From contig NW_005434640.1 in assembly GCF_000315625.1 (NCBI RefSeq), forward strand, positions 476,452-540,451: a DNA stretch of 64,000 bases, given 5' to 3'. Within the stretch, counting starts at the first letter, position 1. Every line of letters begins with the position of its first letter. Below, one piece after another: positions 49,201 through 59,800 of this stretch. The stretch comes from Guillardia theta CCMP2712 (Eukaryota > Protista > Cryptophyta). The notes under the pieces were generated by a model. That model saw only the letters and a program-made list of their open reading frames with translations, searched no databases and was not told the DNA's origin. A program made the translations under genes and the position numbers.

Positions 49201-49589
49201 GAGTACCGGCAGACGGAGGGCTCAGGCTTCAAGTTCTCGCACCCTCCTCCTGCTCTCGAGCGTGTGATCGTGTACGGCATCACGAAGCAGCCGGCGCGGG
49301 TGACGCTGAAACGGAAGAACGGCGGTGGCAGCGAGCTCGAGTTCATCTACGACAAGGAGTCAGCGGTGAGACGAGCGAGAGGGAGGGGGGAAAGGTTGGA
49401 GGGAGAGATGCAGGAGGTGCGGTGGTGGGTGGGTGGGTGGGTGGGTTGGGGAGGGAGGAGCGGGGCTGGACAGGAGGAGGGAGGGAGAGGCTGGATGAGG
49501 GAGAGTTTCTGACGATGCAACAGATGCTGATTGTGCGAAAACCAAACGTGCCAATGAACGAGGAATGGAGCATCAGCTTTGCGAAGTAG
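46218..49589 (+). CDS. GANAB: Glucosidase II alpha subunit (GH31)
   Basis: Signal peptide then FKEEEFRYCKDSSFCRRQR; PYRLYNLDVFEY, GYHQCRWNY, WLDIEH, WNDMNEPSVFNGPE, WTGDN, GADVGGFFGNP, HAHIDTQRREPW; ends IVRKPNV..EWSISF. Confidence 0.96.
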
Positions 49590-49723
49590 ACGAGTGGGAG
49601 ATAAATTTGCATTTTATGAAACGGGAAAACATGGGAGATGAGGAATACCAGGAGATGAAGCAGAAAGGAGAGGGAGCAGGAGGACGAGTAGCAGCAGCAG
49701 TGACCAGCTTGTTTCGCTCCTCG

Positions 49724-52225
49724 TCATCTCCGCGCCTCTGCCAGCATCCGCGTCACGGCATCGACAGGTCGGGAGCAGTCGGGGAAGAGGCGGAGGGCGA
49801 GGGAGCTGAGGGCGCGGCCGAAGAGCTCCAGAGTAACGCCATCCCGCGACTTGTCGGCCGTCACCTCGAGGAAGACAAGGTCTACGTCCGCTCGCGTCAA
49901 ACGCTTCCCGTCCAGAACGTTGAGGTGCCGCAGAGCTGCCGCGAGCCGGGAGGGCGTCAGACCCCTCAGTCCCTGCCGCTCTCGATCCCCCACGCGGGCC
50001 GCGAGCTCGAAGGCCTCGATGACGTCACGGCGGGTGGTGGGGAAGAGAAGGTCGAGCTCCTCGTCCTCCCCGTCGTAGAGAACTTGGAAGTCTCTCAAGC
50101 TCTTCCTCTCCCACTGCTGCGCCTTGAGATGCGCCTGCCACCGCCGCTCGCGCGACTGCAGCACCTCCTCCTCTGTCACGGGGGCGCCGCTGCCTCCTCC
50201 CCCCCCACCCCCTCCTCCTGGCTGCTTGTAGATGGTCTTGACCATCGTAAGCGCCTCCTCGACCAGCCGGCACTTGATGTCTCGGTCCACCTCCTCGTCC
50301 ATGTTGAAGCTCGGCCCGTTGTTGGTCTCCAGCAGCCAAGGCCTCAGCTCATGGTCCAGCAGCACGTCCACCCCGATGATCTGGAACGCCATGCTCGGGC
50401 CGGTGTCGGTGGTGACGGTGGAGTGATACTGGAACCAGAGGTGAGGGAGTTTGGTCAGCATCGTCCTCCTGCACAGCTCCCGGATGCTCTCCCATGCCTT
50501 GGACGTGTCGTGACCCATCGCCCTTACCTGCTCCCACATGACGGAGAGCGAGCGCTTGCTGCCCTCCTCCTCGTCGTTGCGGATGAAGCCTTCGGAGTTG
50601 TGCTTGTTGAGCGAGTAGTTGGTCAGGTGCATCATCGTCTCCTCCAGGTTCTTCTTGCTCGGCGCTACGTACTTCTTGGTGCAGAACCGCGCGAGCCCGT
50701 CGGAGTGGAGGAAGCAGCGCAGAGGGTCAACGGAGGTTACCAGCACGTAGAGTCGCATGTCGAACTTGAACCCGTCCAGCAGCAGCGGCCGGTGCACGTA
50801 CCGCTGAACGATGTACCGATCGCTCCTGAGCAGCTTGTTCTCGTACCCAGTCCGCATGAGGAAGATGCCAGTGCCTTGAGCGCCCCCGTCAGGCTTCACG
50901 ATGAAGGTCTTGGGCTTCTTCTGCCTCAGCTCCTCGTCTAGCCGCTCCCAGTCCTCTGGCAGGACCCACGTCTTGGGGAAGAAGAAGAAGTCTTCCTCCG
51001 ACGCCGACGCCTTCATGCGGTTGAGCAGGCGGTAGAGCGGGCGCTTGTTGCACATCTCCTTCATGCCCGGCAGGAAGTTCACTCGCTGCTTCCTGCAAGC
51101 CCTCGCAAGCAGGTCAGCGCGACTGCCGTGCGAGGGATCGAGCCAGATGAAGCGAGCGTCCGCCTCCTTCTCCACCTCCCGCCAGCCCATCGCGGCGATG
51201 ACGTGGCGCACGAGCTGGAGGGAAGTGTTGTTGCAGTAGCCCAGGAAGACGCAGAGCTTCTTGGGGAAGGGCCTCGACCGTCCCTTCCTCCTCCTCCTCC
51301 CCACCGTCGCATCCACTTCGCCATCGCTGTCCCCCGAGGAAGACGCCTGCTCATCTGTCTCGGCGGTCAAACAGCTCGACCCTCCGCTGTGGGTGTCCAA
51401 GGGCGTGTCAGTAGAGCTGGAGGAAGGAGCATCCAGCAAGGTCGCCAGCTCGTGTTCAGCTAGGGAGGAAGGGAGGACATTGGAGATTTTCCTGTTACTT
51501 GGCCGGTCTGTCTGGACCCCGTTGGTGCGGGGAGAGTCGACGGGCGAGGCGATCGGGAGGTTCTTGAGAGCAGGAGAGGAATGCTTCCTCGCCCTCACAA
51601 ACGTGTCTCTCCGGCTGTTGTTCTTCCTCAGCAGCTTCTGCCCAGTCAAGGCAGGGGATGAGTCCGTGAGCGGGTCGCGGAGGGGGGAGGAGGAGGAGGA
51701 GGAGGAGGTTGTAGGGCTGCTTTGTCGTGGCATGACTCGCAGCTTCCCCGCGCTCTTCAACTTCCCAGCTGTCTCCGTGCTGTCTGGACTGACGGGGGGT
51801 CGACGGAACTTCCTGGGGTCGGTGGAGGAGGAGCGGGAAGAGTCAGCTCCTGCTGACCTCCCTGCCTCCACCGGCGACTCGTTGCTCCTCCTCCTCTGGT
51901 ACACCAGCTCGCTTCTGTTCCTTGTCTGCGGCTGGACGACGAACTGATCCTTCTCTACCAACCATCCAGCTTCTCCCTCCTCTCTCCTCCCCCTCCCCGG
52001 CAGCCTCCGCAGCGCCTCACCCTCTCCTTTCGTCCTGAGAAAGCTCGTGCCAACCACACCCCCCAGGCCCTCGAGGTCGACGCCTCCTACTGGACTCCCT
52101 GCTGCTCGCAGGCCCGTAGAGTTCACCTTCCTCCATCCGCCTCCTATCCACCCGCGGCCCTCCTCCTGCCCACTCTCCGTGATGTGCCCGAACTGTGTGG
52201 GGAGCAAGCGCAAGTTCTTGGACAT
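49724..52225 (-). CDS. TTLL: Tubulin-tyrosine-ligase-like protein, likely a polyglutamylase
   Basis: VNFLPGM, FFPKTWVLP, FIVKPDGGAQGTGIFL, VQRYVHRPLLLDGFKFDMRLYVLVTS, GLARFCT, HLTNYSLNK and GVDVLLD..PWLLETNNGPSF in an 833-aa ORF. Confidence 0.95.
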   Translation of the reverse strand: MSKNLRLLPTQFGHITESGQEEGRGWIGGGWRKVNSTGLRAAGSPVGGVDLEGLGGVVGTSFLRTKGEGEALRRLPGRGRREEGEAGWLVEKDQFVVQPQTRNRSELVYQRRRSNESPVEAGRSAGADSSRSSSTDPRKFRRPPVSPDSTETAGKLKSAGKLRVMPRQSSPTTSSSSSSSPLRDPLTDSSPALTGQKLLRKNNSRRDTFVRARKHSSPALKNLPIASPVDSPRTNGVQTDRPSNRKISNVLPSSLAEHELATLLDAPSSSSTDTPLDTHSGGSSCLTAETDEQASSSGDSDGEVDATVGRRRRKGRSRPFPKKLCVFLGYCNNTSLQLVRHVIAAMGWREVEKEADARFIWLDPSHGSRADLLARACRKQRVNFLPGMKEMCNKRPLYRLLNRMKASASEEDFFFFPKTWVLPEDWERLDEELRQKKPKTFIVKPDGGAQGTGIFLMRTGYENKLLRSDRYIVQRYVHRPLLLDGFKFDMRLYVLVTSVDPLRCFLHSDGLARFCTKKYVAPSKKNLEETMMHLTNYSLNKHNSEGFIRNDEEEGSKRSLSVMWEQVRAMGHDTSKAWESIRELCRRTMLTKLPHLWFQYHSTVTTDTGPSMAFQIIGVDVLLDHELRPWLLETNNGPSFNMDEEVDRDIKCRLVEEALTMVKTIYKQPGGGGGGGGGSGAPVTEEEVLQSRERRWQAHLKAQQWERKSLRDFQVLYDGEDEELDLLFPTTRRDVIEAFELAARVGDRERQGLRGLTPSRLAAALRHLNVLDGKRLTRADVDLVFLEVTADKSRDGVTLELFGRALSSLALRLFPDCSRPVDAVTRMLAEARR

Positions 52226-52894
52226 GGGAGGCTAGAGGAGGAGTTGAGGAGAACAGCAGCGGAAGGCGAAGAAGCGCTTGAAAGTAGGAGAGAGAAGAGA
52301 TGAGGAGATACAGCGCCTTTAGGACGATGATGCTCGAGTCAGAGGCGAGAGAAGGAGGGTTTGTGAAATCATCGCAGATCGGGTATAGGATGCGTGGATG
52401 AAGGAGAGAGCAGGAGAAGGAGGAGAGTTAGGGATGGCAGAAAGAACTCGAACGAAAAGGCTGTAGGAAGAGAAGCAAAGAAGAGAGGGAGGGGCTGGGG
52501 TAGAAGGTGAGCGACTCGAGAGTCGGAAGAGCGAGGGAGGCGGGTGTGGGTTGCAGAGGAGCAGGGGAGTGAGAATGGAAGGAGAGGAGGAGGGGAGAGA
52601 CAGGAAGGGAGATGGGAGAGGAGGGAGAGGAGAGGAGGAGGGAGGAAGAGGGGGAGAGGGGAAGAGCAGGCGAGGGCGGCACAGTTGGGGAGCGGGGGAA
52701 GAAATTTGTCTGCCACGTTCGCTAGCGCATGGTGGGGGGAACTGGAACGCAACGATTCAGTAATAACTTTTTTAAGAACATCAACAACTTGGTACAAACC
52801 ATGTTTTATGATTATAAATGAATTCCACATTGTACCAGGATATCGGATTTGAACGACGATGAGAAAACTAGTTTTAAAAACACGCGAGCACGAC

Positions 52895-53911
52895 ATGTCG
52901 AAGCAAGAGGAGGTGCGAGGGCGGGAGGAGGAGGAGGAGGAGGAGGAGGAGGAGGAGGAGGAGGAGGAGGAGGAGGATCAGGGAGGAGGAGGAGGATCAG
53001 GGAGGGGTTCATTGGACGGGGGTGGTGAGAGGGTGCAAGGTGGTGGCAGGCTGACCGGCATGGGAGCAGGACGAGATAGCGCGGGGATGGGTCTACCGGA
53101 TCTTCTACTGGCTCTTCTGCACGTACGCGGAGGTAGTGCATGACATCAGCGTGGAGGGGGAGGAGAACATCAAGGAGGGAGAAGCCGTCCTCCTCGTCTC
53201 CTTCCACACCTCCCACAACGTCGACATCCTTATCTCCCTCTTCCTCATGCGCAAGACCCTCGGCCGCGTCCCCCGGGCGCTCTTTCATCGTCCCATGATG
53301 ATGTTCTGGGGTCCTCTCCTCCGCCGCTTCGGGGGAGTATCAGGGACGAGGAAGAGGGCGGTTGAGCTGCTCAGGAGAGGCTTCTGCTGCTGCTGCGCCC
53401 CGGGGGGGTGGAGGACGTTCTGCATCATGTGAGCGGGTGCGGCAAGGACGCGTACGAGCTCTACTGGCTGTCGCACAACTCGGGTAAGCGGCTGGGGTAT
53501 GCGCGGGTGGCGGAGGAGATGGGGGCAGGGAGCAAAGTGATCCCCTACTTCTGCGAGAACGCGGAGGAGATGAAATGGAATCCTTTGTTCGACCTCTGGT
53601 CCTTCCTCCTCCTCGACAGACTCTACGGCGCCGTCATGCGCAGCATGCCCGGGCCCATCCACTTTCTGATGTGGCAGTTTGCTATCCTGTGCTGGTTCTC
53701 TCTGTCCTTCTTCTCCCTCCCCGTCCCTGTGAAGGTCATCGCGCACATCGGGGAGCCGGTGGTGCTGCAGAAGGGGGAGCGGGCAGAGCAGTTTGCTGAG
53801 CGAGTGGAGAGAGCGCTGCAGGAGCTGATGGTGAAGAAGCAGAACGGGACGAGGAGGAACTACTGGAAGGGGTTGAAGCAACGGATGGAGTGGAGGAAGA
53901 AGTTGGAGTGA
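52895..53911 (+). CDS. DGAT2/TMEM68-like PlsC-superfamily acyltransferase with an apparent 1-nt frameshift
   Basis: VEGEENI, VSFHTSHNVD, PGG(V)ED, RLGYARVA, VIPYFCENAEE and HIGEPV. The frame changes within the G7 run at 53402-53408. Confidence 0.8.
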
Positions 53912-54579
53912 GAGTATCGGGGAAGCGCTCTCAGGAAGGAGTGGGGCCGGGTAAGTAAGGAAGGAGGGATGCTGGGACTGAGGGCGAGGGAGGAGGGACC
54001 GAACGTGGAGGAGGAGGAGGAGGAGGAAGAGGAGGAGGAGGAGGAGGAGGAGGAGGAGGAGGAGGAGGAGGAGGCAATAAGGATATCTACAGGTTTATTG
54101 TTTCAAATGGAGAGAATCAGCAGAACATCTGATCAGTGTACCTTGAAACTTCTTCATCCCCGCCCAACTCCCTCCTATCTCGCTCACACCTCCGACCCCC
54201 CCCCCACCTCCCCTCCCTTCCATCACTGCCACCCTTCCTCCCTGACCTCCCTGACCTCCTCCGCCTGGACTCTTCCCCCTCAAGATCTCTTCCTCCACCT
54301 CTTCAACTTCGAATTTTCAGTCTTGCCTGTACGAACATTGAGCTCTTCCTCCCCATCCGTCCACCTTGTTTCCCAACCTCGCCCTGTTCGCTCAGTCAGC
54401 ACTTGTTAGCTGGAAGAGCAGGGGCAGGAGCAGGGGCAGGAGCAGGGGCAGGAGCAGGGGAAGGGGAACAAGGAGTTTTTCGCTCTTTCGATCGCCGAGA
54501 CAATCGGAGAACCGAAGGTCTCTAGGAGAAAGGAAGCGAGGATGTTGCAAGGAAGCGAAACTGCGAGAGAAACAGACAA

Positions 54580-56155
54580 GACTAACGCAGCATTAGGCCC
54601 TGCAAGGGGGGCTGGTGGGAGGAGAAGGCAGAGGCGTTGGGTGGTGCAAGAGAGGAAAGCAGGACAGTGAGAACTGGAGCGAGGAAAGAGGAGTGGATAC
54701 GAGGAGAGACGAGGAGGGCAGGAGTGGATACGAGGAGAGACGAGGAGGGCAGGAGGAGAAGGACCTTTATGTAGTCTTGACCTTCTTCTTGTTGGAGGGC
54801 TGAGTCCTGTCGCAACCTCGTCAGCTTTGTCAGGGCAGGCAAACGACTCGCTCCACCTCTTCTCCTCCTTGAGCAGCTCCTGCATGGCGCTGCTCGCGCT
54901 GCTCTCCTGCTGTGACCGCAGGGACCAGACGGAGCGGAAGGAGCCGACGAGGATACCCGACCTCTTCTCCAGCAGGTAGGCTCCCATCACCCCGATCAGC
55001 GTTCCCAGCAGATGAACGCGCAAGGCGTCGAGGCCGCCATGGAGGAAGGCAGAGGCGACCGCAGGGACCATATTGAGCGCGGGGCCGGTGTTGGCAATGG
55101 GGCTGCGGATGGTGGTGACAACACAGGTGGCAACGGCGAACGGGAGGAAGGAACCGACGCGGGGGCAGACGAAGCTGGCGACGAGGTTGAGGAGGAGAGT
55201 GTGGAGGGCCTCGTTGAGTACGGCACCCATGGAGAAGCCGGAGGAGGAGAGGGAGGGCCACACGGGCACGCACGCGTCCGGCTTGACGATGGAGCGATGG
55301 AAGGAGGTGGCGGTGGGATGGGTGCAGAGGTTGATCTTGGGGAGAGCATCGCGATAGACCTTGTCCGCGAACTGAACCTCCGCCACTGGCGATACCCCAA
55401 TCCTCTTCACAGCAGCTGCAAACACAGCTGCCGCTCCCAGCTGCAGCACGAACTTGACCGCTCGTCGCTTGACAGGCATCTGAACGAAGAGCAGCTCCAT
55501 GGGGTTGGTGGTGTGAGGAGGGAGGAAGTAGGTGGTGATGGCGACGAGGGAGAAGATGTAGGAGAAGACAACACCCTCCTCGCAGCTGAAAGTGAGGAAC
55601 TGAGACAAGTTAATCAGTGTCGCTCGCATACATCAGCTTGATCTTCCTCCCTCTTGTGTCCTCCCTTCCCCTCCCTTCCCCTCCCTTCTCCCTCCTCTTC
55701 CTCCTCCTTACCTTGCCACCCGACGACCTCGAGCACATGCGAGGAATCGCAAACTCGCTCCAGATGACAGTGCATGACATGCCAGCCAGGAGGATCCAAG
55801 TACAGAGAACATCGGTCAAGTTCGCGGTGACCTCCTCCTCAAACCCCAGGTTCTTCGATTTCCCCTTGCCCGCATGCGCGCTGCCTGTGAACGATCTTGA
55901 CGTCACAGAGTTTCTTCTATGTTGCTCCAACGCTTCCTCCCCTCTAGTTTCTTTCCTTGAACCATCACTCCCTATAACATCTGTTCCCTTCCTCTGCTTC
56001 CCCCGTCAAAAATCCTCCCCAGCCCTGCCCCGTCCGGCCCTCTCCCTTCATTACACTATCCTCATCAATCCTCTTCCATCCTTTCCTCCCTCCCTCCCTC
56101 TTCCTCTTCCTCTTCCTCTTCCCTCTCAGGTACCTCGCTGCTGTTTCCTTGGCAT
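54580..56155 (-). CDS. Highly divergent aquaporin (MIP; unorthodox AQP11/12- or SIP-like)
   Basis: About six hydrophobic helices with loop motifs HTTNPM and TGPALNMVPA at the two NPA-equivalent positions; VLNEALHT and HLLGTLIG helices. Ends uncertain. Confidence 0.6.
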
Positions 56156-56426
56156 GGCCTCCGCTCGTGGATCCACCCCACCCCTCGATTCCTTCAACCC
56201 AACGTGTAATCATGACCCCTTCATTTACACTACCCCATTATTTACTATCAACTACCCCACCTTTACAGATTCACTGTTTCCTCCTTGAGGTGACCACCCC
56301 TGCACAATATTCCGTTGCACCCCTCCTAGTTACAGTAACGGTTTTTAACCGTCCAGACTCGTCACCGAATCCTGACTGGGAGTTTACGCCGAGACTCGGC
56401 AACTTGTTGGTGGTCCCAAAGTAGTC

Positions 56427-56800
56427 CAAGTTGTTCACAAGTTGTTCAAAAAAGTTCACTGTTTGTTCACAAGTTGTTCACCAGTAGTTCACTAGTTGTT
56501 CACTGGTTGTTCACTGTTTGTTCACCAGTAGTTCACCAGTAGTTCACCAGTAGTTCACCAGTAGTTCACCAGTAGTTCACTGTTTGTTCACCAGTAGTTC
56601 ACTGTTTGTTCACCAGTAGTTCACCAGTAGTTCACCAGTAGTTCACTAGTTGTTGACTGTTTGTTCACTAGTTGTTCACTAGTTGTTCACTGGTTGTTCA
56701 CTAGTTGTACACCAGTTGTTCACTAGTTGTTGACTGTTTGTTCACTAGTTGTTCACCGGTTGTAATGCTACTGTGTTGTAATGCTAGTTGCAATGCTAGC
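56427..56800. repeat. 11-bp tandem repeat array (~30 units; TAGTTCACCAG / TTGTTCACTAG / TTGTTCACTGT variants)
   Basis: Directly visible; grades into TGTAATGCTA variants at 56760-56800. Confidence 0.95.
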
Positions 56801-56858
56801 GGCCTCTCGTCAAGGTGAATGAATAAGTCTTGTACATTACAGGCATCATCTCTTCTAC

Positions 56859-59800
56859 TTAGTAGTTGATCTCTCGGCAGGCAGTGATGGCGGCAAGAAG
56901 GTTTTCCTTCATCAGCTCCTTGGTTCTGTACCTGCAAGGGAGTCAGCGAGGAGGAGACACAGCAGGTCTTGTCTACTTGGGAAGCTTCACGATGAAGAAA
57001 CACGTCTCGGCCTCGGGCAGGACAGAGTCACCGTCCCCGCGATCGGAGGGGAAAAGTTTCATGGACGAGTGCTCCGAGTAGTCTGACTCGAGCGGCAGAC
57101 GCTCTCTCCCCCACCTGCCAGCACGGGTGAGGAACCAACGCAAGCAACCGCTACACCCTCACGCGAAGCGGATGAAGAGTCGACGATCCTCCTGGCTGAA
57201 GCCCTCCAGCACCTCCCAGAACATCTGGATGTGGGGCGAGTCCGCAGAGAAGGATCCGCGGTAGCGCGTGTGGCGCTTGAGGGTTGCGATGTCGATCTCG
57301 GGGATCCCGCAGACGCGCCGCTCGAGCTCTTCGTGGGTCATGAGGCAGAGCATGGAGGAAGGAACGATGGAGCAGAGCCCGTCCCTCATCTTACTCAGCT
57401 GCTCCTTGCTCTCTCGCAGTCGTGCTTGCTTCACCAGCTCCGCGTACTCATGCCGCCTCTCGAAGGTCACGCGCGTCTCCTCTCCTCCCTCGAAAAGAGG
57501 AACACACTTGCCGTCGGTGAGAACGGTCATGAAGGTGTACTGGAACAGCTCCTCAAACTTGTTGGCGCCGATCGCTTGCCCGTCCTCATCGCGGAACTGC
57601 AAGGAGCTCCAGCAGGAGTAGTCGGTGGCCTTCAGATCCTCCTCGTCCAGCTCAATGCCGATCAGCGACTTCCAGACAAGAGAAGGGAAGTCGAGACTGA
57701 GCAAGTTCTGCGTCCGCATGGCAACCCCCATGAGCTGACCGATGAAGAAGAACATATCCAGCAGCTCAGGGCTGCTCGCTGACGGCCTCGGCACGAACTT
57801 GTCACGGTTGTCCCCGATGCCAGAGACAGCATTGGCGCACTTGATGAAGAGGGGAAGTTGAGGAGACTGCAGGTCCGTGCACAGGGCGGACATAGCTTCC
57901 CTGTAGGGCCCCTGGTAGCCCTGGTGCCCCTCCCCTTGGAACTTCACCCTCCACGCCATCTCATCTCGTTGCCGGAGCCTTGCAGCAGGCACGTACCGCA
58001 GTTGCCTGTAAGTCTGCATCAGCACCCCGTCGGCGCTGATGGTCGCCACCAGCGTCCCTCCCCTCATCATGAGCAGCATGCTGTCCGCCAGGGAAAGCAA
58101 GACGGCCGGGATCGCCACATCGTCCCCGGAGTTTCCGAGCTCTGTGCTCATGAGGAACAAGGGCCCTTCCTTGGAGTCTGCCATGATCACCGCCACTGCC
58201 CCAGCCTCCTGCGCTCGCCTCACGACATTGACAAACTGCCCCCCACCGCGTTCGATCAGCGCGATGTTGCCTTTGATTTCGTCCTTGTTCCGTAGAGGCA
58301 TAGACCCGTTAGGGGGATCTGTGAAAACAAGCTTCGCCCTGACCAGCTGATCCGCTGCCATTTCCCTAGCGCTACCAAAGTCTGAAGGGGCCACGAGGAA
58401 TTCTTCGAGCCTCGAGTGAGGTTCTGTCTTGGACGAGATCTGCAGCCTCCACCTCTCGTGCTCTTCTGCCTTCTCCTTGGAGTCTCGTGCCCTTCGTCCC
58501 GGTCGGTGGATCAAGACTTCCAGGAGTCCCCGATCGGAGTTTCTAGACTGGCAGGCAGTCCAGTCGAGCACGAGGTTGTGGAAAGAAGCCTTGGTCTGAT
58601 AGAAGATCAGATACTGCAGGACAAAGGGAGAAGTCAGCTATACGATCACAGACGAAAACAAGGGAAGAATTAACCTGAAGCTCACAGATAGTCGCGGCAA
58701 TGGAAAGCTGTACATTACGATGAGAGAAGTCTACCAGCACAATTGCCTGGTGAAGGTGGCGATTAAATAACTTCAACAAGATGAATCGTCTTTGCAGTGA
58801 CTGCTGAGGGACAGAGTTGAGACGAAGCAACTTCCTCCTGTAATACTCAGTGACCACGATTTGAGCTGCGGGAATCTTCATAGCCGCGACTCCAGTGTCT
58901 TCACTCTGCATGTTCACAAGAGAAACCAACTCTGCATCTCTATCAGTATCCCATCTCACCAGATACCTGCCTTGTCGTCAGGCACTTCGGCACAGGAAAT
59001 TGAGGGTTACCGATCAAAATGGAACGAAAAGAAAATCTCCCACAGCTTTGAGATGTCTTGCATTGCTAAAGTCTTGGCTTGATTCAAGAAGTCCTTTGGC
59101 TTCGTCGCCCGTGGCTGGGCGGGGTTCAAACATCTGCATACCTGATGAACTGCATCTGGCTCCAGCTGAAACAACTCATTCAAGGCCTCCTCTGCTCGTG
59201 CTGACAGCTCGCCGTTTCCACTCTCGTCAAAGATCGAGCTCATGGATTCGTACTTGTCGCACTCCATCATGATGGATCTGTCTTCTTCAAATATCATGTA
59301 TCCATCATCGATCAACGAGTTTCTCTCGCTTTCCTTCCCATCATAGAGCTTTGCCGCGATCCTCATCGTCTGATCTAGACTGTCCAACCAAGGGGCGTTT
59401 GACGACGGGTTTACCTCCTTAGGATGCGCAGTCATGCATGGCTCAAACACCAGGGAACGAGTGGCGAGAAGCTCTGCAAGAGAGCACATGTACGTCGATC
59501 GAGGGCACAGCAGATCTTCCGAGCTGCCCCTCTTGCCGCTGTAGTGCTTGCTCTCCCACACGAACCTTGCATTGGCCTCGTGCATCTAGAAGAAATGTCA
59601 CAAAGTGTCATGGAGGAAATCAAGAGGCAGGGAAAAAGAAAACGAAAAGAGGGAGGAAAGGAACTCACAAGTTTTGAGAAAGCCGAATGCAAAGCAAGTG
59701 ATAGACTGCAATCAGCCGTTGACCCCAGTTGGCGCATCAGCCTGCACGTGATGTTGTGCAGTTGCAGGCAATGAGGGATTGCAATGGCAGATGACTTCTC

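Noticed and set aside
49565-50941. 458-aa plus-strand ORF, and similar long antisense ORFs over WD40, RNase HII, GPAT and HECT
   Set aside because: Antisense shadows of GC3-rich genes with no motifs of their own.
49724-52225. Intronless TTLL as a retrogene
   Set aside because: No poly(A) remnant or TSD, and the HECT gene also has a >4 kb exon, so long exons occur normally here.
56427-56800. Possible CRISPR array or telomeric repeat
   Set aside because: Units are contiguous without unique spacers, there are no cas genes, the context is eukaryotic, and the unit is not telomere-like.
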